DNA of 63,142 nucleotides, the filler included. It is 5 parts of 5 records of this genome, joined end to end, with 100 filler letters (N's around TTAATTAATTAA, not from the genome) between each part and the next. Parts side by side here need not be neighbours in the genome. Positions count along the whole stretch, not along the records: positions 1 to 10,590 come from DRR723986_7257; positions 10,691 to 30,771 come from DRR723986_7275; 3 more parts are not named here. The stretch is one strand, 5' to 3'. The number at the start of each line of letters is the position of its first letter. The first letter of the stretch is position 1. A program made the position numbers and the translations under genes. Shown one piece after another: positions 9,354 through 17,902 of the stretch. The notes beneath the pieces were generated by a model. That model did not search any database. It was not told the origin of the DNA and was given only the letters and a program-made list of their open reading frames with translations.

Positions 9354-10457
9354 ATGGAACTGCTCTTAATGTATGCGGCGCTTGCGCTGGTCTTTTCATT
9401 CTTTTGCTCGCTGCTTGAAGCGGCCCTGCTCTCGATTACGCCTTCCTTCATTCGCATCCTTACAAATCAAAAACCGCGCATCGGCAAACGCTTGCGTGAG
9501 TTAAAGGCCGATGTGCATCAGCCGCTGGCTGCCATCCTGAGTCTTAACACAATTGCCAATACGATGGGCGCTACCGGCGTCGGCGTGCAATCTGCAATTG
9601 TGTTTGGAGGCGTGCCCGAAGGCATCGTCGCTGGTGTGCTTACGCTGCTGATTCTGGTATTCTCCGAAATTATCCCCAAAACGCTGGGCGCCATGTACTG
9701 GCGTCAGCTGGCTCCCTTTGTGACCGTCACCGTCGATAAACTGGTTGTTTTTCTGAAACCGCTGGTCTGGCTGTCTCGTGTTGTGACGCAGATCGTCTCG
9801 CGCGGCAACGAAGTCGGCTCCGTGAGCCGCGAAGAGTTCCAGGCGATGACTGAGCTGGGCACCAAAGAAGGTGTTTTTGAAGAAACTGAAGCCAAAGTGA
9901 TTCGCAACCTGCTGCGCTTCCGCGTGCTGACGGTGAGTGACGTGATGACGCCGCGCACCGTGGTGCTCGCTTTTCAGACCGGCAGCACCGTCGCCGAAGT
10001 GCTGGCTGAACACCGTAAACTCCCATTTTCGCGGATTCCCGTGTACAGTGAAAGCATCGAAGACATTGAAGGTTACGTCCTGAAAGACGAACTGCGCCGC
10101 CGCGCGGGCGAAGATGGTGCGGACCACAAACTTTCTGAACTGATGCTTGAGATTCGGCACGTGCCCGACTCTATGACGCTGCTGGATCTGTTTGGCATGT
10201 TGCTGGAGGATCAGGAGCAGATTGCAGCGGTCGTGGATGAGTACGGCGGCCTGGCCGGCATTGTCACAATGGAAGATATTATCGAAACGCTGCTGGGCAG
10301 TGAGATTGTGGACGAAACCGACCGCACACATGACATGCAGGCCCTGGCGCGTTACGAGTGGCGCAAACGCGCGCGCTCAATTGGATTAACAACCACGGAA
10401 GATCAGGTGCCGGAAGGTTTGGCGCGCCTGGATCAAAGAGATGCAGATCAAAAGTGA
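9354..10457 (+). CDS. CNNM (DUF21) + CBS domain membrane protein, HlyC/CorC family
   Basis: SFFCSLLEAALLS, ILSLNTIANT, FSEIIPKTLG, VMTPRT, FSRIPVY and VDEYGGLAGIVTMEDIIETLLG motifs. Confidence 0.93.
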   Translation: MELLLMYAALALVFSFFCSLLEAALLSITPSFIRILTNQKPRIGKRLRELKADVHQPLAAILSLNTIANTMGATGVGVQSAIVFGGVPEGIVAGVLTLLILVFSEIIPKTLGAMYWRQLAPFVTVTVDKLVVFLKPLVWLSRVVTQIVSRGNEVGSVSREEFQAMTELGTKEGVFEETEAKVIRNLLRFRVLTVSDVMTPRTVVLAFQTGSTVAEVLAEHRKLPFSRIPVYSESIEDIEGYVLKDELRRRAGEDGADHKLSELMLEIRHVPDSMTLLDLFGMLLEDQEQIAAVVDEYGGLAGIVTMEDIIETLLGSEIVDETDRTHDMQALARYEWRKRARSIGLTTTEDQVPEGLARLDQRDADQK

Positions 10458-10563
10458 ATCTGATTTTGGAGACGAGTGGCGTTGCCGGAGTTGGTCTTGA
10501 GGTGCGTATAACAAGCTGGGGTTGATTGAGTATTTTTATTTTTGAAAACAGCTCAAAAAACAC

Positions 10564-10590
10564 CGGGTCGAGCCCTAAGGGCTCGACCCG
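10564..10590. repeat. Perfect inverted repeat CGGGTCGAGCCCT-A-AGGGCTCGACCCG at the contig end (REP-like)
   Basis: 13-bp perfect arms read directly; the contig ends at the last base of the hairpin. Confidence 0.7.
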
Positions 10591-10690
10591 NNNNNNNNNN
10601 NNNNNNNNNNNNNNNNNNNNNNNNNNNNNNNNNNTTAATTAATTAANNNNNNNNNNNNNNNNNNNNNNNNNNNNNNNNNNNNNNNNNNNN
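10591..10690. other. Artificial contig linker
   Basis: 44 N + TTAATTAATTAA (stops in all six frames) + 44 N. Confidence 0.98.
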
Positions 10691-11104
10691 GAGAAGACCC
10701 TGGCTTTGGACATCACTTGACACGAAGGTTTGCTCGCCCAAAGCCATTCGAATGCCTTGAATCAATTCCTCGGGTTCGCTTGATTTGGTCACATAGGCCC
10801 GTGCACCTTGCTCAAGCGCCTTGGAGGCCACCACAGGGCTGTCATGCATGGAAAGCACCACCAAGGCCAATCTGGGCCATTTCAAGCGCACTCGCCTGAT
10901 GAGTTCCAGCCCGCTTTGTCCGGGCATGCTGATATCCAGCACCAAGGCATCACAAGTCGTGGTTTTCAGCAGAGCGAATGCCTGGTCAGCGTTACCGGCT
11001 TCGCCCACTACAGTCATGTCACTCTCGGAGTCAATGAAACGTTTGTAGCCTGCGCGTACCGCAGCATGGTCATCAACCAGAATGATTCTGGATTCAAGCA
11101 GCAT
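10691..11104 (-). CDS. NarL/LuxR family response regulator (C-terminal HTH cut off by the contig end)
   Basis: IILVDDHAAVRAG, LDISMPG.SGLE, VLSMH and YVTKSS motifs; start overlaps the kinase stop. Confidence 0.9.
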
Positions 11105-12251
11105 CGTCCACTCCCGCAACTGGCACGTGACAGCGCAGCACAAATCGATCTTCATCTGTGTTCCAGTTGACCCGGCCCTGCAGACTGACCATTCGTTCTC
11201 GAATGCCGGTCAGTCCCAAAGAAGGTTCCACCGGACCTGTTGGCGCGACGCCGTCGTTTTCCACAATCAGTATGAATTCACGAGCCCGTTCATCAAAGCC
11301 AGCCAGAACTTTCAATTTCTTGGTGTTGGCATGGCGGGCTGCATTGGTGAGTGCTTCTTGCAGGGTTCTGTACAGGGCAATGGGAGCCTCTTTCGTGAGA
11401 GTCGGTGTGTTGGGGGCCCAGGCAAAGTCAACGTACCAGCCATGGCGTTTTGCCCAATTGTCCAGCAGGTCTAGCGCTGCGTCGCGAAGTGAGACCTCAA
11501 GCAGCAGGTGTGGTTTCAGTTCGCGCAGCGAACTGCGCAGCCACCCCATCATCTCCTGAGCTTGGTCGTGCACTGCCTTGGCCGCTTCTTGCGTATTGGC
11601 TTGGGTATTTTTCACCAGGAAAGCAGAGTTCACTGAAATGGAGGTCAAGGATTGTCCGAAGTAGTCGTGCAAATCCTGTGCAATCGCCTGGCGTTCACGC
11701 TCCTGCAAATCAACGACCCGATTCAACAATTCGCGACTTTTCTTTTGCTCTGTGTGCAGGGTTTTGATCAGTTCTGAGACACTGTCGTGAATTCGTTTGA
11801 ACTCTTCGATTTTGAACTGTTCTCTGCCCTCCAGGGTTGGTGCGGGTCGCGCTGGGTCTCGCTCGGATTTCTCATAGTCACGCAGCCACTGAACCAGTTC
11901 CTGCAAGGGCTTGTTCAACGCCGGTTTTAGGGAATACCACACCACGACGCCACTTCCCGCAGCCATCAGCAGCAGCATGGCGCTGATCAAATAAAGTTCT
12001 CGACGTGTTTCCCGTCGCTCTTGCTCTGCTTTTCGTTCGGCCAGCTGTTGACGCAGGCGCTGAAGTTCGATATTGCTCAAGGGTTCGGTGTTTGACAGTC
12101 CGCGGTGCAAGTCATCCACCAGCTCCGAGGCGGTCGAATACTCGGTTTCCACATCAAGCCGGCCCATGGTGAATACCACCAGCACGCAGCACGCAGCCCA
12201 GAGACCTAACCAGGTCAGCAACCGTTTTACCAACAACTCGCTTAAACGCAT
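11094..12251 (-). CDS. HisKA_3 sensor histidine kinase (2 TM, HAMP-like), MxcQ/MoxY-like architecture
   Basis: QERERQAIAQDLHDYFGQSLT H-box; YRTLQEALTNAARHA; ENDG; LGLTGIRER; two TM segments. Confidence 0.88.
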   Translation of the reverse strand: MRLSELLVKRLLTWLGLWAACCVLVVFTMGRLDVETEYSTASELVDDLHRGLSNTEPLSNIELQRLRQQLAERKAEQERRETRRELYLISAMLLLMAAGSGVVVWYSLKPALNKPLQELVQWLRDYEKSERDPARPAPTLEGREQFKIEEFKRIHDSVSELIKTLHTEQKKSRELLNRVVDLQERERQAIAQDLHDYFGQSLTSISVNSAFLVKNTQANTQEAAKAVHDQAQEMMGWLRSSLRELKPHLLLEVSLRDAALDLLDNWAKRHGWYVDFAWAPNTPTLTKEAPIALYRTLQEALTNAARHANTKKLKVLAGFDERAREFILIVENDGVAPTGPVEPSLGLTGIRERMVSLQGRVNWNTDEDRFVLRCHVPVAGVDDAA

Positions 12252-12325
12252 GAATTGAATTTCTTGTTTGAACAGTCACAATGTGCACCAGAAAAGGTGT
12301 GCACAGAAGGGGGAGAATACTTTTC

Positions 12326-12338
12326 GGGAAAACTTCCC
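12326..12338. promoter_or_regulatory. Candidate operator GGGAA-N3-TTCCC in the divergent kinase/receptor intergenic region
   Basis: Inverted repeat seen directly; imperfect direct repeats TGTGCAC(C)AGAA at 12282 and 12298 nearby. Confidence 0.4.
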
Positions 12339-12468
12339 TGTCGGGATGTGGCAATATTATCGATCATTATCAGAACAAGTCGCGCGCTTGCCTGGCCAAT
12401 CTCCATGGCGCGCAGAGCAGGTCATTCGCGCGACTACACAGTTAAAAATCAAGATCAAAGGGCTATGT

Positions 12469-14952
12469 ATGTTTGCGCGTCAACGGTCGTATCAGTGCAT
12501 CCGTGTTGTTGCACTTTCCTCCCTGTTTACTGTTGCGCCAGTGTTGGCGCAGCAATTGGAAGAAATTGAAGTCATTTCCTCCACGCCCCTGCCTGGGGCT
12601 GTCCTGCCTGTTGATCAGGCGCCTTTCAGTGTGAAAAAGCTCAATTCTCCCGAGCAGAATTCCAGCAGGGAGTCGATCAGCCGCAGTCTTTTTCGTGGCA
12701 TCAGCGGTGTTCAGGTGACTGACAACCAGGGCAATCCGTATCAATCTGATGTGACTTATCGAGGCTTTTCGGTGACACCTTTGTTGGGAACGCCGCCGGG
12801 TTTGTCTGTTTACGTAGATGGCGTTCGGCAAAATGAAACGTTCGGCGATGTAGTGCGGTTTGATGCCATACCCCAGTCTGCCCTGAAGGAGCTTACTGTA
12901 CTGCCCGGTACCATGCCGCAATTTGGTTTGAATTCGCTGGGCGGTGCCATTGTGATGCAAACCAAAAGCGGTCGGGATTTCCAGGGCACGCAGCTGGATG
13001 CAGAGCTGGGTGACTTTGGACGAACTCGATTGGGTTTGCAGAAAGGTTGGGTGGATGAGTCCAAGCAGCGTGATTTTTATCTGAACATCAATTCCTTCAA
13101 TGAAGATGGTTGGCGCGTCCTCTCGCCCAGTTCTGTTCTTCAACTGTTTGGCAAAATGGGGATCGTTTCTGGCGATACCCAGACCAATTTCAGCCTTGCG
13201 TTGTATGAGTCTGACTTAAACGGCAATGGCGTGGTGCCTCGCAGTTTTTACGAACAGAATCGCGCCCAGTCGTACACCTATGTTGATAACACTCAAAATA
13301 CGGGTGGGCAGTTTGCGGTGGACTTCACGCGCTACTTGCAAAGCGGAGCTGAGTTGACGGCAAACGCTTATTACCGAAGTTCAAGGTCGGTCACATTCAA
13401 TGGCGATGGTAACGAAAACGAAGACTACCGATTCGGTGTGGCCGAGTTCGAACCTGACCGCGCTGAAGTGGAAGGCAACCTGGGGCCGGGTACTTACAAC
13501 GTGACTTGCAGTGCACCAGCCTCTAACGCTTACGCGCCGGGCTCGGTGACTTTTGATGAAAACGACCCTGCTGCCATGGAACCTGACAGCGCAGACTGCC
13601 CAGGGGCCAATAACCGTGGCGTGCTGAATCAGGATGTGGTTGGGGTGGGCTTGCAGTATGCCTTGGCACCCATCGGGGCGCACAAGGTGTTGTTGGGTAC
13701 TCAGCTTGAATTCGGGAAATCCGATTTTCGTCGCAGCTATGCCTTGGGCGTGTTCAACAATGATCGCACGGTGCGAGAATTGTACGCACCGATTGAGCAG
13801 GTCAATGTGGAGGCGAACAACCGACAATTCGGTGTATATGCCCAGGACGTGTGGACTTTGAATGACAAAACCACCTTGCTGGTGGGCGGTCGATACAACC
13901 ACGCCTCGGTCAAAACCACAGACCGTTTAAGCCCGGTGTTGATCAACGAGGAGGGCGAGGCCAGTCCCGGGCTGAACAATGACTACACCTATCGGCGCTT
14001 CAACCCCTCAGTTGGAATTTCTTATCAGACCGCCAAGCACAGCACCTGGTTTGCCAGTGCGGGCACCAGCAATCGGGTGCCGACTCCGGTTGAGCTGGCT
14101 TGTTCTGACCCTGAGTTTCCATGCCTGTTACCCAACGCCATGGCAGCGGACCCGTTTCTCGAGCAGGTCATTACCTCGACTGTCGAGGGTGGCTATCGCA
14201 CCCGCTGGATCAGTGGTGGCAACGAGTATGGTTTTTCATTCAACGTGTTTCGGGCCAATAACAAAAACGACATTCTGTTTGTTACTGATGGCGCAGGATC
14301 GGGAGGGTTCTTCCAGAACTTCGGAAAAACCCGTCGGCAGGGGATTGAACTTGATTTCGATTGGGAAACGTCTGTATGGAATCTGGATGCCAGTTACCAA
14401 TACCTGAATGCAACGTTTCAAAGCCCGGCACGTTTGGCCAGCGAGGGCAACAGCAGTGCTGTGGATTTGAATGGTGATCCAGCGGTGGAGGGTGGTTTCA
14501 TCCAGGTGCAACCAGGCAACAAAATTCCGGGTTTGGCCGAGCACAATGTGAAGTTGTCATTGGGATACAAGGCCAGCAGCTCCACCACCGTATTTGTGGA
14601 CATGCAGGCGCAAAGCGAGCAATACGCGAGAGGCAACGAGAACAACCAGCATCAGGCGGGTATCGTGAACATTCCGGGAGAAGGGCCGGTGGAGTTCAAG
14701 GACAATGGTCGAGTCCCCGGTTTTGCAGTGTTCAATTTGGGCGTGAATCACGCCTTGAGCAAAAGTGTCACCCTGATCGCGCGCGTGAACAATGTGTTTG
14801 ATCGTGAATACTTCAATGGCGCTTTGCTGGGAGGAAATATTTTCGACCGCAATGGTTCTTTGGTGGACGATGAAGATGACATCACTTATGAATCATTTCT
14901 CGCGCCAGGTACCCCCCGAAATGCGTGGGTGGGAGTCAGTCTGAGGTTCTAG
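12469..14952 (+). CDS. TonB-dependent outer-membrane receptor, resembling the LutH/LanA type
   Basis: Signal peptide; TonB-box-like EEIEVIS; plug GNPYQSDVTYRGFSVTPLLGTPPGLSVYVDGVRQNETFGDVV; ELACSDPEFPCLLPN; VNNVFDREY; C-terminal Phe. Confidence 0.93.
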   Translation: MFARQRSYQCIRVVALSSLFTVAPVLAQQLEEIEVISSTPLPGAVLPVDQAPFSVKKLNSPEQNSSRESISRSLFRGISGVQVTDNQGNPYQSDVTYRGFSVTPLLGTPPGLSVYVDGVRQNETFGDVVRFDAIPQSALKELTVLPGTMPQFGLNSLGGAIVMQTKSGRDFQGTQLDAELGDFGRTRLGLQKGWVDESKQRDFYLNINSFNEDGWRVLSPSSVLQLFGKMGIVSGDTQTNFSLALYESDLNGNGVVPRSFYEQNRAQSYTYVDNTQNTGGQFAVDFTRYLQSGAELTANAYYRSSRSVTFNGDGNENEDYRFGVAEFEPDRAEVEGNLGPGTYNVTCSAPASNAYAPGSVTFDENDPAAMEPDSADCPGANNRGVLNQDVVGVGLQYALAPIGAHKVLLGTQLEFGKSDFRRSYALGVFNNDRTVRELYAPIEQVNVEANNRQFGVYAQDVWTLNDKTTLLVGGRYNHASVKTTDRLSPVLINEEGEASPGLNNDYTYRRFNPSVGISYQTAKHSTWFASAGTSNRVPTPVELACSDPEFPCLLPNAMAADPFLEQVITSTVEGGYRTRWISGGNEYGFSFNVFRANNKNDILFVTDGAGSGGFFQNFGKTRRQGIELDFDWETSVWNLDASYQYLNATFQSPARLASEGNSSAVDLNGDPAVEGGFIQVQPGNKIPGLAEHNVKLSLGYKASSSTTVFVDMQAQSEQYARGNENNQHQAGIVNIPGEGPVEFKDNGRVPGFAVFNLGVNHALSKSVTLIARVNNVFDREYFNGALLGGNIFDRNGSLVDDEDDITYESFLAPGTPRNAWVGVSLRF

Positions 14953-15018
14953 CATTTTGAAGCAAGGCGTGAATCGGCTATTCTTTCGGGATTGTGTTGA
15001 TTCAGGCTTTGCTTTCAC

Positions 15019-16035
15019 ATGTCTTTGAACGTTCGAAATTTTATCTTCGCAACTGCCTTGCTTTTGCTTGCACCGATTGCCCATTCCCAAGCGGGAGATT
15101 GCTGGCAACAACACCGTGCCACGGTGTATGAATGGACTTGTGCTGGCCAAAGCCTGCCCGCAGAGGGGCAGGATTTTGCACTGTCGATTGTGGTGGTTGA
15201 TTCGCCCAAAGTCTTGATGGTGATTGATTCCGGCGCAACTGCCGCTGTGGGCGAAAGCGCAGCCGCAGCCATTCGTTCCAAATTCGGTACCAAGCCTGTG
15301 TGGGTTTTGAATACGCAACCCAAGCCTGAGCACGTGCTTGGCAATGTCGGTTTTCGGGCTGCATTTGCAAGCACACTTGCCCCGGGCGAGAATTTTTCAA
15401 GCCGTGTTGTGGCTGGCAAACGCACCGCTGATTTGATGCGCGAGCGCTGCCCCACCTGCATTGAAAACTTTTCCGAACGTATGGGCAGCGATTCTGTAAA
15501 AGGCACTGAGTCACTGGTTCCAGGCCGTATTTTACGAACCAAAACAGGACACCTGGGTTTGTTGCACAATGATTGGGTGCCCTGGAAGTTTCGTTTGTAC
15601 AAGGATCTTGAAACCGAAGAAGCTTTGGTATTGCGCAATCAGGAACTGAAATTGTGGTGGGTAGGCTCGGCCGTTCAAAACAGGGATATTCCGGATCTGT
15701 ACGACGGCAATGTGGTGGAGCGAATCAATTTTTTAGGTCGCTTGAAGGCGCGAATGGGGGCAGATGATACGGTATTGACCTCATTTGGCGTGTTGGGCAG
15801 GGATTGGATAGAGCGCAACCTGAGCTACTTTGTGCGCGTTCAACAGGCTGTGTTGTACGGGCTGGAGGATGGTGTCAGCGAGGTGGAGCTGATTGAGCAG
15901 ATCAGCGCGGATATTGGTGAGTTTAAAAACGCGGTTTACGTACAAACTGACCCCAAATTGAATGCCAAGGCGCTTGAAACACACCAATTGAATATTCAAC
16001 GTATTTTCCGGCAAACAGAGCCGTTTGCTTTTTAG
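15019..16035 (+). CDS. Secreted metallo-beta-lactamase-fold protein with a degenerate metal site (quinoprotein relay hydrolase-like)
   Basis: Signal peptide; MVIDSG; LNTQPKPEHVLGN in place of the usual NTHxHxDHxxGN; CPTC motif. Confidence 0.7.
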   Translation: MSLNVRNFIFATALLLLAPIAHSQAGDCWQQHRATVYEWTCAGQSLPAEGQDFALSIVVVDSPKVLMVIDSGATAAVGESAAAAIRSKFGTKPVWVLNTQPKPEHVLGNVGFRAAFASTLAPGENFSSRVVAGKRTADLMRERCPTCIENFSERMGSDSVKGTESLVPGRILRTKTGHLGLLHNDWVPWKFRLYKDLETEEALVLRNQELKLWWVGSAVQNRDIPDLYDGNVVERINFLGRLKARMGADDTVLTSFGVLGRDWIERNLSYFVRVQQAVLYGLEDGVSEVELIEQISADIGEFKNAVYVQTDPKLNAKALETHQLNIQRIFRQTEPFAF

Positions 16036-16122
16036 AGGGCCTGCTGGAATGTAGCTTGCTAGTAGTCTTTCGAACTGTTGCAAACTGGGACAGGGCAAAT
16101 AACAACAAAGGGACTACTCGCA

Positions 16123-16773
16123 TTGACTACCAATAAAACACACACCCTGTTTTTACTGTGGGTGTTGCTGATCAGCCTTACCGGCTTTGGCCTTTACATG
16201 ACTTGGCACAAAGGCCTTTTTCAGTGGATTATCCTGACCGACAACACACGCATTTGCGTGGTGATCGTATTCGCATTTGCGGTGGGCAGTGGCCTTGCGG
16301 GTTGGCGAAGTATTTATTTAAGTCGACAGTTTCGCTACTTTGACCAGATCCAAAGCGGGTTCACTGATTTCAAACTCGGGCAATCCATTTGTCATGATTA
16401 CCTGACTCACCCTTTGGCGCATCCCAGCGAAGGTCAGCTTATGGCCGAGGTGATGGCTGAACGCGCGCGTGGTTCTCACCAGGTGGGCTGGTTTGTCACT
16501 GGACTGATGATCAAGCTGGGTTTGTTGGGCACTGTGGTGGGTTTCATCATGATGCTCAGTAGCCTCGAAGGATTGGAGCAACTGGACATCTCCGATATTA
16601 AAACCTTGATGCAGCAAATGACACAGGGCATGGGCGTGGCCATGAACACCACCTTGGTGGGCTTGATTGGCAGCATTTTGTTGGGTGTGCAGTTTTTGAT
16701 GCTGGATCGCCACGCCGACAAGTTGATTGCGGCTACCGTGGATTACGCACACCGCAACGTGAAGGCGAGCTGA
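16123..16773 (+). CDS. MotA/TolQ/ExbB proton channel family protein
   Basis: LGLLGTVVGFIMML...GMGVAMNTTLVGLIGS helices plus two N-terminal TM segments; start TTG 16123 (AAGGGA upstream) or 16078. Confidence 0.88.
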   Translation: MTTNKTHTLFLLWVLLISLTGFGLYMTWHKGLFQWIILTDNTRICVVIVFAFAVGSGLAGWRSIYLSRQFRYFDQIQSGFTDFKLGQSICHDYLTHPLAHPSEGQLMAEVMAERARGSHQVGWFVTGLMIKLGLLGTVVGFIMMLSSLEGLEQLDISDIKTLMQQMTQGMGVAMNTTLVGLIGSILLGVQFLMLDRHADKLIAATVDYAHRNVKAS

Positions 16774-16778
16774 ACCGC

Positions 16779-17387
16779 ATGCCGCTTTTCAACCACAAGC
16801 CAGACTTTGAGCTGGACCCGTTCACGGATTTGATTTTCAACGCCTTGTTGATTTTCACTTTCCTCTTTTTGATGGCCCTGTTGCTGTTGAACCCACCTGC
16901 CAAAAGCGGAATTATTGATCCCAAAGCGGAGTTTTTGGTGACTGTCAGTTGGCCAGACAATGACCCCAACGACATTGATGTTTGGGCAGCAGGACCCGCA
17001 GGTGCACAAGTGTGGTTTATGCGTCCCCAAGACGGTTTGTTACACCTTGATCGCGATGACCGTGGCCTGGCCAACGACACACAGGAAATTGAGGGACAGG
17101 TGTTTGTGAACCCGCTGAATCAGGAAGTGCTCACAATACGTGGCCGCCCGCCGGGTGAATATATTGTCAACCTGCATTACTACAAAACTGAAAACAATGC
17201 CCCGGTGCCCGTGAATATTTATGTGGCCGAGGTGAACCCGAAATTGAAAGTGTTGCATTACTCGACGGTGAACCTGCAGCAGGAGGGTGATGAGGCCACA
17301 GCAGTCCGCTTCACGATCGATGCAAACGGCACGGTGAGCAACATCAATCAACTTGAAAAATCTTTGGTGAAGGCAGACGGAAAATGA
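16779..17387 (+). CDS. ExbD/MotB-like single-TM protein with a YfaP-like acidic periplasmic domain
   Basis: PFTDLIFNALLIFTFLF anchor with Asp17; W....NDIDVW..GP.G...LHLDRDDRG...E...PGEY.VNLHYY. Confidence 0.7.
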   Translation: MPLFNHKPDFELDPFTDLIFNALLIFTFLFLMALLLLNPPAKSGIIDPKAEFLVTVSWPDNDPNDIDVWAAGPAGAQVWFMRPQDGLLHLDRDDRGLANDTQEIEGQVFVNPLNQEVLTIRGRPPGEYIVNLHYYKTENNAPVPVNIYVAEVNPKLKVLHYSTVNLQQEGDEATAVRFTIDANGTVSNINQLEKSLVKADGK

Positions 17388-17899
17388 ATGAAGTTTTAGT
17401 AGGTTTGGGCATCGCCTATATATTTTTGGCCGCCTTGTTGCTGTTGGCCCTTGTTTATGGCCGAATGAACTGGACGGTCAAGCTGGTTCTGATTGTGGTG
17501 TCCGTGGGCTTTTATTGGGTCAGTTACATCAACTGGCAGAATGCACAGGGCTGGCCCAGCCAGGCTGATTTGCCGAAGCGGTTTTTGTTCTACGCCGTGG
17601 TGGTTGAAGAACCTGACAAGACAGAGGGCATCAAAGGGCGACTGTTCGTATGGGCCAGCGACCTGGCCAATGATCGGCCCTCGGATACGCCGCGTGCTTA
17701 CGTGTTGCCCTACGACAAGGACTTGCATGTCAAGCTGGATGCAGCTCAGCGTCAGATGCGCAATGGCAATTTGCAAATAGGGGAAGTGGGCGGCGAATTG
17801 TTCGATCCGCAGGCCACTCGTGACAATACGCGCATTGCAGACAAGAAAATTGATCTGGAATTCACGGATTTGCCCGACCCTCAGTTGCCGGAGAAGTAA
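17384..17899 (+). CDS. Hypothetical 2-TM membrane protein (GWP and PRAYxLPY motifs)
   Basis: ATGA overlap with the previous gene; two hydrophobic helices followed by a soluble domain. Confidence 0.8.
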   Translation: MNEVLVGLGIAYIFLAALLLLALVYGRMNWTVKLVLIVVSVGFYWVSYINWQNAQGWPSQADLPKRFLFYAVVVEEPDKTEGIKGRLFVWASDLANDRPSDTPRAYVLPYDKDLHVKLDAAQRQMRNGNLQIGEVGGELFDPQATRDNTRIADKKIDLEFTDLPDPQLPEK

Positions 17900-17902
17900 G
17901 CC

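Noticed and set aside
10635-10646. TTAATTAATTAA repeated four times in the window as a biological motif
   Set aside because: It is always centred between 44-N runs and gives stops in all six frames, so it is an assembly linker
16123-17899. Zorya (ZorAB) defence system or flagellar MotAB
   Set aside because: The A subunit lacks the long ZorA tail, the B subunit has no OmpA-like peptidoglycan-binding domain, and no ZorC/D/E or flagellar genes are adjacent
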